From Planctomycetota bacterium (GTDB lineage Bacteria; Planctomycetota; UBA1135; UBA2386), in assembly GCA_947501605.1 (NCBI GenBank), contig CANMWZ010000017.1, positions 1-64,000 on the forward strand: 64,000 nucleotides of DNA, in the 5' to 3' direction. Below are positions 1 to 8,721 of the stretch, piece after piece. Every line of letters starts with the position of its first letter. Positions within the stretch are counted from its first letter, which is position 1. The notes beneath the pieces are model-generated. The model had not been told where the DNA came from and did no database searches. It worked only from the letters and a program-made list of their open reading frames with translations. The position numbers were made by a program, and so were the translations under genes.

Positions 1-471
1 TCAGCGGAAGGGGATCGCCACGAACACGTCCGGCTGGCAGAAGCAGAGGTCGACCTCGACGAACACCGGGGTGAACCCCTCGGCCCAGACCTCGAGCACG
101 ACTGTCGCCTCGTCCTCGAACTGCCGCGGCCACACCACCGCCCGCCCGATCCCGTCCTCCCGGAACCCCACCTCCGCGTAGGCCAGGTCGTACTCCGTCA
201 ACATCACCTGACCCGCGTTGTCGGTCAGGTACCAGTCTTCGTACTGGTTGACCCACAAGGACTGCGACCACTCCTGATCCGACTCGACGATCCGCACGCC
301 AACGTTCTCCCACACAAAGTTGGTCACCGGATCGTAGACCTCGACCTGGATCGAAACCGGCACTGGGGCGGGGAGCTGGACCGGATCCGGGTCGCTATGG
401 GCGCCTCCTCCGCAGGCGGCGACGCAGAGGAGCAGGGGGAACGAGACGACCGCGCGAGGCGAGAGGTTCAT
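1..471 (-). CDS. hypothetical lipoprotein
   Basis: ATG at 471 (MNLSPRAVV), hydrophobic stretch ending in lipobox-like VAAC-GGG, acidic beta-rich mature part; TGA stop at 1-3. Confidence 0.7.
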   Translation of the reverse strand: MNLSPRAVVSFPLLLCVAACGGGAHSDPDPVQLPAPVPVSIQVEVYDPVTNFVWENVGVRIVESDQEWSQSLWVNQYEDWYLTDNAGQVMLTEYDLAYAEVGFREDGIGRAVVWPRQFEDEATVVLEVWAEGFTPVFVEVDLCFCQPDVFVAIPFR

Positions 472-680
472 GGGGCAGCTTTGAGGCGCGCCCGCTGGCA
501 AGGGTCGTACCGCGTTCGAGGATCGGACACGAACCCCTTGCCGCGGGTCGCTGGCGTCGGGAGCGCGGTGCGCCGGTGTCCTGTCGCAACGACGCTGAGG
601 CCAGTATGGGCGCGCCGACGGGACACGCCGTTGCTACCGTGCTCCCGCCACGGCCGGCTTTCGGTCGATGGAGTCTCGCC

Positions 681-2384
681 GTGCCTATCCAGCTCACCCC
701 TCCAGCCTGGCACTTTGTGCCCCCACGCCTCGACGCCGGCGAACTCGCGCTGCTCGAACCGCTGTTCCAGGACCTCGCCGCAAGGCCGTTGCCTACGGCG
801 GCGGCTGCCGAACGATGGCTACGCGACGAGAGCGAGCTCCTCGCTCGCATTGCCGCCGAGCAGGCACGCCGCTACGTGGCGATGACCTGCAACACCGACG
901 ACCAGACCAAGAAGCAGGCCTACCTCGATCTCGAGCAGAACGTGATGCCGCGGGTGAAGGTGCTGGCGGACGCGCTCGACAAGCACTTCCTTGCCTCGCC
1001 TGGCCTCGCGCATCTCGACGAGCAGCACTTCCATGTGCTGATCCGCAAGCGCCGCACCCAGAGCGAACTGTTCCGCGAGGCGAACACCGCGCTGCAACAG
1101 CAGGAGTCGGAGCTGCAGACGAAGCAGCAGGGGATCCTGGGCGGGATCACCGTCGAGTTCGACGGCAAAACGCACACGCTGCAACAGATGGCTCCGTACT
1201 ACGAGAGCCAGGATCGAGACGTTCGCGAGCGCGCATTCCGAGCCTCGCTCGCCGCGCGCAAAGCGCACTGGGGCGAACTCGAAGACATCTACGACCAGTT
1301 GATCGCATTGCGGCAACGCATGGCGAAGAACGCGGGCTTCACGTCCTACACGGAGTTCCGCTTCCTCGAACTTGGCCGCTACGACTACGCGCCAAAGACC
1401 TGTCTCGATCTGCACGCAACGATCGAATCGTGCGTCGTCCCAGCGGTGGTCGAACTCGATCGAACACGCACCTCGCGGCTGCAGATCGACTCGCTGCGCC
1501 CGTGGGACCTCGAGGTCGATCTCGACGGCCGTGCACCCCTGCGCCCGTTCGCAACGCAGGAGCAGTTGATTCAACTCTGCCGCTCGATCTTCGCCGCGGT
1601 CGACTCACGCTTCGCCGAGGAGTTCGATGTTCTGGTGAAGGAACAGTTGCTCGACCTGATGAGCCGCAGGGGCAAGGCGCCCGGCGGCTATCAGTACCAA
1701 CTCGAGGACGTGCGCCTGCCGTTCATCTTCGTCAACGGCGTGGGCCTTCACGGCGACGTGCAGACCCTGCTGCACGAAGGTGGCCACGCCTTCCACTCGA
1801 TCCAGTGCCGTGAGTTCGATCTGCTGGCCTTCCGCGACTACCCAATCGAGTTTGCCGAAACAGCGAGCATGTCGATGGAGTTGCTCGGTCTCGAGCAACT
1901 CGGCGCCGTCTATTCGCCCGCCGACGCGAGGGCCGCTCGCAAGAAGCACCTCGAGGGCATTCTTCGCATCTTGACCTGGATCGCATCGATCGATGCGTTT
2001 CAGCACTGGGTCTACGGCAACGAAGGCCACAGTCGCGAGCAGCGACAGCAGGCGTGGCTCGGCATTCGCAAACGCTTTGCCCCACACCTCGACTGGAGCG
2101 GACTCGAAGACGCTCTGGCGATGCAGTGGATCGCGCAGACGCACCTGTTCAACCACGCCTTCTACTACGTGGAGTACGGGATCGCGCAGCTCGCGGCGTT
2201 GCAGGTGTGGCGCAACTACCGCAAGGACAAGAAGGGCGCGGTCGAGGCGTACCGCCGCGCCTTGTCGCTCGGCGGCAGCAAGACGCTGCCCGAACTGTTC
2301 GCGACCGCGAGGGTCTCGTTCGACCTTTCGGCAGCGAAGCTCCGGGATCTGGTCGCGGACGTGATGGCGCAGGCCAAGGGCTGA
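681..2384 (+). CDS. M3 family oligoendopeptidase (PepF-like)
   Basis: Zn motif LLHEGGHAFH, downstream EFAETASMSME, GKAPGGY and HLFNHAFYYVEYGIAQ; GTG at 681 preceded by GGAG. Confidence 0.92.
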   Translation: MPIQLTPPAWHFVPPRLDAGELALLEPLFQDLAARPLPTAAAAERWLRDESELLARIAAEQARRYVAMTCNTDDQTKKQAYLDLEQNVMPRVKVLADALDKHFLASPGLAHLDEQHFHVLIRKRRTQSELFREANTALQQQESELQTKQQGILGGITVEFDGKTHTLQQMAPYYESQDRDVRERAFRASLAARKAHWGELEDIYDQLIALRQRMAKNAGFTSYTEFRFLELGRYDYAPKTCLDLHATIESCVVPAVVELDRTRTSRLQIDSLRPWDLEVDLDGRAPLRPFATQEQLIQLCRSIFAAVDSRFAEEFDVLVKEQLLDLMSRRGKAPGGYQYQLEDVRLPFIFVNGVGLHGDVQTLLHEGGHAFHSIQCREFDLLAFRDYPIEFAETASMSMELLGLEQLGAVYSPADARAARKKHLEGILRILTWIASIDAFQHWVYGNEGHSREQRQQAWLGIRKRFAPHLDWSGLEDALAMQWIAQTHLFNHAFYYVEYGIAQLAALQVWRNYRKDKKGAVEAYRRALSLGGSKTLPELFATARVSFDLSAAKLRDLVADVMAQAKG

Positions 2385-2442
2385 AGCGGCCGCCACTCGC
2401 CTCGTTGTGTGGAGTCGCACGCACTCCTACCGTGCGTTCTCG

Positions 2443-3555
2443 ATGGGTGTGCACGCCGAGCCGATGGAGGTCGTCGAACGTGTGCTGCAAATCCTGCAGC
2501 ACGGTTCGACGGCATCGACCTACAAGTATGCGGTGCTGCTGGCGCTGATCGACGTCTGCGTCGAGCGCGCCGACGCGCATGGGATGCCGCCGACGTCGGT
2601 GACGACGCTGCAACTCGCCGAGCGTGTCGTGGAGCTGTACTGGGGGCAGACGCGGACGTGGCCAGACCCGAAACGCTCGCTGCTCGCGCAGAACACCCAA
2701 CGTGGCCGGAGCATCGTGCTCATGGTCGACGAGCTTCGCGCCGAACTCGAAGGCAGGGCGGGTCGCTCCGTGCGCCCATCCCAGGCTAGGTTGCTGGATC
2801 GCTCCGGCTGGGAGAGACTCGTCCGCGAGGTCGAGTGGCGCTTGATCGAGATGCCGCTGCCGAAGCTGCAGCGATTGGGTGGCGAACTGCATGAGTGGCT
2901 CTACGTCCTCGCGTGGAACGACACGACCCAACGACCGAAACGCGGAGAGATCACGGCATACCAACGCGGGCAGGCTTCGACCTTCGACAATCAAGTTCGC
3001 CTGATCGACGGAGTCGCCGAGGCCCTCACCCAGATGCATGCACTGCTGCGGCCATTCGTGCAGCAACAGTGGGCGCGGACCGTCGCGAGCCTCAATGACC
3101 TGCCCGAGTCGCAGCTGCAGACGTTCCTCTTCGGCTCGCAGCGAATCGCGCTCGAGCCAGTGCGACAGCCACTCACTGAGCTGCAGGAAGGAAAGTGCTT
3201 CTACTGCAACAGACCACTGGACGCAGAGACGCACGTCGATCACTTCTTGCCCTGGGCGCGGTTCGGCGAAGACGGCTTGGCCAATCTGGTGGCCGCGGAC
3301 CACGGCTGCAACGGCGACAAGAGCGACTACCTGCCGGCGCACACGCTGCTGGAGAAGTGGTGTCACCGCAACAGAGGGAATCGAAGCCGGATGGCCGCAA
3401 TCGCGACCAAGCTCGCCTGGCCATTCGGTGAGGACCGCTCCTTCGGCATCGCGCGCGCAGCCTACCAGCGCCTTCCTGGCGGCTCGCTGCTCTGGAGCGG
3501 GCGCAAGAGGCTCGTCCCCTTCGAACGCGAGGCGGTACTACGTGCCCTCGCCTGA
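2443..3555 (+). CDS. HNH endonuclease domain-containing protein
   Basis: C-terminal CFYC...HVDHFLPW...NLVAADHGCNGDKSD HNH motif; N-terminal STYKYAVLLAL helix motif. Confidence 0.85.
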   Translation: MGVHAEPMEVVERVLQILQHGSTASTYKYAVLLALIDVCVERADAHGMPPTSVTTLQLAERVVELYWGQTRTWPDPKRSLLAQNTQRGRSIVLMVDELRAELEGRAGRSVRPSQARLLDRSGWERLVREVEWRLIEMPLPKLQRLGGELHEWLYVLAWNDTTQRPKRGEITAYQRGQASTFDNQVRLIDGVAEALTQMHALLRPFVQQQWARTVASLNDLPESQLQTFLFGSQRIALEPVRQPLTELQEGKCFYCNRPLDAETHVDHFLPWARFGEDGLANLVAADHGCNGDKSDYLPAHTLLEKWCHRNRGNRSRMAAIATKLAWPFGEDRSFGIARAAYQRLPGGSLLWSGRKRLVPFEREAVLRALA

Positions 3556-4373
3556 CTCCCCCGCCCCACCGCGCTCCGCCAGCCCGCGGTACCACGCCAC
3601 CAGCTGCTCGACGACCTTCATCGCCTTACCGTGAAAGTGGTTGTTGGCGACTACAAGAGTTCGCGTGGCGTCGCCGGCTATGCGAATCAGCCTGTGTTCC
3701 AATTCCTGCACCTCTGCCGCCGAGTACTCCCAGTCGTAGACCTCGTCGCGCGAAGCACCCGGTGCGAACCAGGCCGCATTGCGTCCGTGCAGACGAAAGT
3801 AGGCGAGGCCGTTTGCAGCGTGCACGTCGCTGGTGTCGCGTGAGAAGCCCGTGGCAGAGCCGGGGTAGTCGAGTTCCGCGACAGTGACGCCGAGCTGCCG
3901 CATTGCCGCCATCGCGCGATCGACGTTCCAGGTCTTGTGTCGAACCTCCACGACCAGCGGTGCGATGCCCGCAAACGCATCGCGCAATCGCGCGAAGTGG
4001 GTGACGTTGTTCGGCGTCGCTTCAACTCGATAGTTGGTCTGCGCCAGCAACGCAGCGAGACGGCCGGAGGCAGCAAGAGGCGCGAAGCCCTCGCGTGTCT
4101 GCTGCACGATCGCCTGGTCGCACGTCCATTCGTGCGTGAACGCCTGCGGCAGTTTGGCGGTGAAGATCGTGCCCAGGTCAGCCGTGCGCTCGACCCAACT
4201 CGCGCAGTTCTTGGCCGAGGGTGGGCAGTAGAAGGTGCTGTTGATCTCGATGAGGCGAACGCGTTCGGCGCAGAAGCGCAGAGTGTCCTTGCAACCGCGT
4301 GGATAGACGACGTCCTTCCAGTCCTCGTACGACCAACGGCGAGGCCGAAGAGGATGTCGTGCGCCGCCTTCAC
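3538..4373 (-). pseudogene. DUF72 (YecE-like) protein with apparent 1-bp frameshift near the 5' end (pseudogene or sequencing error)
   Basis: WSYEDW, IEINSTFY, FTAKLP, VEVRH, YFRLHGRN and NNH motifs; GTG at 4373 overlapping the rarA stop reads VKAAHDILFGLA and then shifts frame at ~4336 before WSYEDW. Confidence 0.8.
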
Positions 4374-5713
4374 ATCTGGCCGCGGCGCAAGCGTTCGTTC
4401 TCTGCCATACGCTCGGCGACCTTCTTCTCGAAGCCACGTTCGCTGGGCACGAAGAACTGCGCGTCCTTCAACTCGTCCGGTAGACACTGAATCTTGGCGA
4501 CGCCGCCCGCCGTGTTGTGCGCGTAGACGTAGCCGTGACCGTGACCGAGTTCCTTCGCGAGCCCGGTCACGGCGTTGCGCAAGTGCAACGGCACCGGGTG
4601 TTGCGCTCCGTCGCGGGCAGCTTCGCTAGCTGCGTCGATCGCGCGGATCACCGCATTGCTCTTTGGTGCCGCCGCGAGGTAGACAACCGCCTCGGTGAGC
4701 GGCAATCGCCCTTCCGGCAGGCCGAGGAACTGCACTGCTTGCAAGGCTGCGACCGCCACCTGCAGCGCCATCGGATCGGCGAGGCCGACATCCTCAGCAG
4801 CCATCGCGACGAGGCGTCGCGCCACGGCCATGGGGTCGCCACCGGCTTCGATCGTGCGCGCGAGCCAATACACCGCCGCCTGCACGTCGGAGTTGCGCAG
4901 GCTCTTGTGCAACGCCGACAGCAGATCAAAGTGCAGGTCGCCGTCACGGTCGTGCCGCAGGGCGCGATGCTGGAACGATTCGGTGACCATCGCCGCCGTG
5001 ATGACATCGCGGTCGACGCAGGTCGCGGCGCACGCTTCGAGTGCCCCCAACGCGCGCCGCGCGTCACCGCCGCAGAGCAGCGCCAGTCGCTCGATCGCCG
5101 CATCCTCGATCACCAACTCGCGCACGCCGAGTCCACGTTCGCGATCCGTCAAGGCCCGCTCGATCAGTGACCTCAGGGCCGCCGGTGGCAGCGACTGCAG
5201 CGCGACCACGCGGCACCGCGAGAGCAGCGCCGCATTGACGGCGAATGACGGGTTCTCGGTTGTGGCGCCGACGAGCACGACCAGCCCGTTTTCGACGTGC
5301 GGCAAGAACGCATCCTGCTGCGACTTGTTGAAGCGGTGAATCTCGTCGACAAAGACCAGCGTGCTCTGGCTCGTACGATCCTTGCGGGTCTGCGCAGCGG
5401 CGATCGCGTCGCGGACCTGAGCCACGCCGGAGAGAACTGCCGAGAACGGCTCGAAGAACAACCCCGCATGCTGCGCGATCAACTGCGCCAACGTGGTCTT
5501 ACCGGTGCCCGGCGGCCCCCATAGCAGTAGAGAACCGGCCTTGCCTTGCTCGATCGCCCGACGCAGCGCGCGGCCCTCGCCAACCACCTGGTCCTGCCCG
5601 AGATACTCGACCAGCGTGCGCGGACGCATTCGCTCGGCGAGTGGCGCCGTGGCGGCAGTCTTCTTCCCCGACTTGCCGGCGGGTTCGCTGTCGAGATCAC
5701 CAAAGAGGCTCAT
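4370..5713 (-). CDS. rarA: replication-associated recombination protein A (MgsA/RarA AAA+ ATPase)
   Basis: APLAERMRP, GPPGTGKTT, VDEIHRFNKSQQD, GATTENP, SALHKSLRNSD, EDVGLADP, PKSN, VPLHLRNA. Confidence 0.96.
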   Translation of the reverse strand: MSLFGDLDSEPAGKSGKKTAATAPLAERMRPRTLVEYLGQDQVVGEGRALRRAIEQGKAGSLLLWGPPGTGKTTLAQLIAQHAGLFFEPFSAVLSGVAQVRDAIAAAQTRKDRTSQSTLVFVDEIHRFNKSQQDAFLPHVENGLVVLVGATTENPSFAVNAALLSRCRVVALQSLPPAALRSLIERALTDRERGLGVRELVIEDAAIERLALLCGGDARRALGALEACAATCVDRDVITAAMVTESFQHRALRHDRDGDLHFDLLSALHKSLRNSDVQAAVYWLARTIEAGGDPMAVARRLVAMAAEDVGLADPMALQVAVAALQAVQFLGLPEGRLPLTEAVVYLAAAPKSNAVIRAIDAASEAARDGAQHPVPLHLRNAVTGLAKELGHGHGYVYAHNTAGGVAKIQCLPDELKDAQFFVPSERGFEKKVAERMAENERLRRGQM

Positions 5714-5725
5714 CGCCAAATCACG

Positions 5726-6313
5726 CTACCACGTGGCTACGCCCATCTCGATCGCCAGTGGGTAAGTCCACGGCAACAGTAGCGGAAACGCGAGCACATC
5801 CGCGACGACTGTGAACGGCGTGCCGGCAATGCGCAGCAGCAGCGGGGCACGATGGAACACAGGTCGGACCAACTCGACGGTCGCGGCCTCGAATAGCGCC
5901 CCTTCGACGAACTGCTGGCTCAACGCAACTTCGCCGGAAGCCCACGACCGCTGTTCCCATTCAAGACTCGCCACCAAGTGACCTAGGCGCACGCCGCTGA
6001 CCGCAACTCGAAGTCGAGGCAGTGGCCCCACTGCCTTGCGTGCCAGCAGCGCGGCGAACTCGTCTTGGTCGCGCGTCACACCGACCACGAGCCAGCACGG
6101 GCGGTCACAGTCGGGCCACGGCCACGACGCGGCCACGACCTCGGCAAGCGGCAACTGCAGCGAGGCTGGAACGCCATGGCTGTCGAACAACACACGCGTT
6201 CCGACGATCGCAACCTCCTCCTGATCCGGTCGCACGCCGCCCTGCCAGTAGAGCTGGGTGAAACACGACGGCAGCACGAGCAGCACCAGCAGCGCTGCCG
6301 TACACCCTCTCAT
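5726..6313 (-). CDS. hypothetical lipoprotein with C-terminal YceK/YidQ-like hydrophobic hairpin
   Basis: signal peptide with lipobox-like LPSC; C-terminal GTPFTVVADVLAFPL; ATGA overlap with the upstream methyltransferase gene. Confidence 0.65.
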   Translation of the reverse strand: MRGCTAALLVLLVLPSCFTQLYWQGGVRPDQEEVAIVGTRVLFDSHGVPASLQLPLAEVVAASWPWPDCDRPCWLVVGVTRDQDEFAALLARKAVGPLPRLRVAVSGVRLGHLVASLEWEQRSWASGEVALSQQFVEGALFEAATVELVRPVFHRAPLLLRIAGTPFTVVADVLAFPLLLPWTYPLAIEMGVATW

Positions 6314-7182
6314 CGACGCTGCCTCCGCGCCTCGAACAGCAGCACACCAGCCGCCACCGCAACGTTGAGACTGTCGACCGGCTCGATCAGCGGGATCGAT
6401 GCATGCACGTCCGCGGCCTCGATCAGAGCCGGCGACACGCCTTGCGCCTCGGCACCGAGCAGCAGCAGCGTCGGGCGTTTGAGGTCAACCGCCGTGTACT
6501 CGACACCACCGCGACCATCAGCCGCGACGATCTGCAGCCCGTGCTTCTTGGCGAACGCGATCACGCCCTGAGCGTCGAGGCCATGCACGCACGGCAAGCG
6601 GAAGATCGAGCCCATCGATCCACGCACGGCCTTGTCGCGGAACGGATCGGCGCCACCCTTCAAGGTCAGCACGCCGGTGGCGCCTGCGGCCTCGCTGCTA
6701 CGCAGCAGCGCGCCGAGGTTGCCGGGATCGCGCACGCCAGCCGCAACCAGAACGAGCGGTGCCTTCTTGGTCTTTCCACCGCTCGGGCCCTTCAGCAGGT
6801 CCTCGTCCTCCCATCGACGCTGGGCGAACAGCACAGCGACGCCCTGGTGGGTCTCGAGCGCCGACGCGCGCGAGAGCACTTCGTCGGTCACGTCGAAGAA
6901 CTCGTCGGCCCGCTTCTTCAGAGCTTCGCCGAGCTCCTTCTCGCGCAACCGCGGCGAGACCATCGCCGCCAGGACAGGCGCACCCGCATCGACGCCTTCT
7001 TGTACCAGCCGAATGCCCTCGGCAAACACGACATGCTGCTCTTCGCCTGCAGCCGCCGCACGGAATCGCTGGACGAGAGGGTTCTTGGTCGAGGAGATCG
7101 AACGCGGACGAGGATCGTGCACGCGGCCATCTTGGCGGCTCGGCGTGCTGCTGCCAAGGAATGCGCGAAGCGGCGTGCTCAA
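6310..7182 (-). CDS. TrmH/SpoU family RNA methyltransferase (start may be GTG at 7122)
   Basis: ISSTKNP, HQGV, DPGNLGALLRS, RGSMGS, LLLGAEAQG, DSLNVAVAAG SPOUT motifs. Confidence 0.93.
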   Translation of the reverse strand: MSTPLRAFLGSSTPSRQDGRVHDPRPRSISSTKNPLVQRFRAAAAGEEQHVVFAEGIRLVQEGVDAGAPVLAAMVSPRLREKELGEALKKRADEFFDVTDEVLSRASALETHQGVAVLFAQRRWEDEDLLKGPSGGKTKKAPLVLVAAGVRDPGNLGALLRSSEAAGATGVLTLKGGADPFRDKAVRGSMGSIFRLPCVHGLDAQGVIAFAKKHGLQIVAADGRGGVEYTAVDLKRPTLLLLGAEAQGVSPALIEAADVHASIPLIEPVDSLNVAVAAGVLLFEARRQRR

Positions 7183-8714
7183 CGAGCGCGGAGCACGACC
7201 TCGACTTGGGCCGCGGGATCGACCGCCAGCGTTTGCCAGTGCAGCACGTCGTTTCCGCGCATCAGCTGGAGGCGCCAGCGCCCCGCTGTGAGCCCATCGA
7301 TCTCGAACGAACCGTCCGCTTGCGGCGCGGCGCGCAGCAAGCCTTCGTAAGTCGCCGGCATCGGTTCATCTTCGCGGAGGGCGCGCACCACCAAGTGATC
7401 CAGGTCGACCTGGCCGTCGATGCGGCCGCGAACGCGAGCCAGGCTGTCGGTGAGATCGTGAAGCTCGACGCGCGTCGGCAGGTCGCTCTTCGCCTCGACC
7501 ATCGGCAGCTCCATTCCGAGTTGCAGCATGCGGGCGACGCGACTGCGCCAGACTGGCTCGGTGCGTTCGACGTGAAGGCGATACTGGCCCGGTGTCAGCT
7601 CGCGCGCGGCAAACGCGCCGGTCTCGGCATCGACCGTGACGCGGCGCAGTGGGCCGCGCCGGTGCCGCAACTCGATCTCCGCCTGCTGACCCGCGCGCCA
7701 CGGCGTTACGGTGCCGGTGACTTCGGCACCCGCGGGCAGTTGGAGTTCGAAGAACGGACTCGGTTCGGCAACGTCGAGCCGCAACGCATCGATGGCGAGA
7801 AACGGCAGCGCCATCGGCTGCACCAACAGCGCCACGTCGCCCTGCGGCAGCGGCACGAGTGCAAAGCTGCCGTCGGCGAGCGTCGCGGCCACCGCCGTGG
7901 CACCGTCGTGGCAGCGGATCGAAACGCTGGCGTCGGCAACGGGATTACCCGAGGCATCGCGCACGCGCCCGCGAACGCGGACCCCGCGAGCGACGCGCAG
8001 TTCGCATTCGTCGACGCGATCCGGCGCCAGTTGGACCAGAAGCTGCGCGGGCGCGCTGGTCGAGCTGAACACCTGGACTGCGTGCGGTCCGCCTTGATCG
8101 GCGACCAGTTCGAAGAGTCCGTCGGCGCGGTGGATTCGTACGGCGGTCGGCGGCGGCTCGACGAGCGGCATCAGCACGCCCTCGGACAAGGGCAGCAGCG
8201 CGGCGACGAACGGACGCAACGGCCGGCCCGTGACCGCGTCGAGCGCACGGCCGCGCAAACGCGGCTTGTGCTGCAGCATGAGGCGCAGGCCTCCTCGCGA
8301 GGACTCGACGACCGTCTCGTTGCGAACAACGAAGTCCGTGTGCACGACGACCAGCTGGAGCTCGCCTTTCGGCATGACCGCGAACGCGAAGACCCCGGCC
8401 GCATCCGTGCGCAACGAGACATTGGTGCCGGTCGCGAGCACCACCGCTGCGACCTCGGCGTCAGCAACAGGGCGACCATCGCGATCGACGACCACCCCGT
8501 GCAGCGGCGCCACCGGGACCGCGACGCGCCCGACGGGTGCCTCGCCTTCGTGCGAACGCGCTGCATCGGAGCGCACTGGCGTGGCCTCCGGCAGCAACGG
8601 CAGATCCACGGCCCACCGCCATGTTGCAATCAGTGCGACCAAAGGCACCACCGCCAAGGCAAGCCAGCGGCGCGCACGTCCGCTGCCACCGACCGACGAG
8701 GGCGCAGCGAGCAT
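7179..8714 (-). CDS. membrane-anchored carboxypeptidase-regulatory-like (prealbumin-fold) repeat protein
   Basis: N-terminal TM; repeated G-x-V-x-D-x2-G-x-PVA-x-A...TD-x2-G-x-F units. Confidence 0.8.
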   Translation of the reverse strand: MLAAPSSVGGSGRARRWLALAVVPLVALIATWRWAVDLPLLPEATPVRSDAARSHEGEAPVGRVAVPVAPLHGVVVDRDGRPVADAEVAAVVLATGTNVSLRTDAAGVFAFAVMPKGELQLVVVHTDFVVRNETVVESSRGGLRLMLQHKPRLRGRALDAVTGRPLRPFVAALLPLSEGVLMPLVEPPPTAVRIHRADGLFELVADQGGPHAVQVFSSTSAPAQLLVQLAPDRVDECELRVARGVRVRGRVRDASGNPVADASVSIRCHDGATAVAATLADGSFALVPLPQGDVALLVQPMALPFLAIDALRLDVAEPSPFFELQLPAGAEVTGTVTPWRAGQQAEIELRHRRGPLRRVTVDAETGAFAARELTPGQYRLHVERTEPVWRSRVARMLQLGMELPMVEAKSDLPTRVELHDLTDSLARVRGRIDGQVDLDHLVVRALREDEPMPATYEGLLRAAPQADGSFEIDGLTAGRWRLQLMRGNDVLHWQTLAVDPAAQVEVVLRAR

Positions 8715-8721
8715 CAACGCG

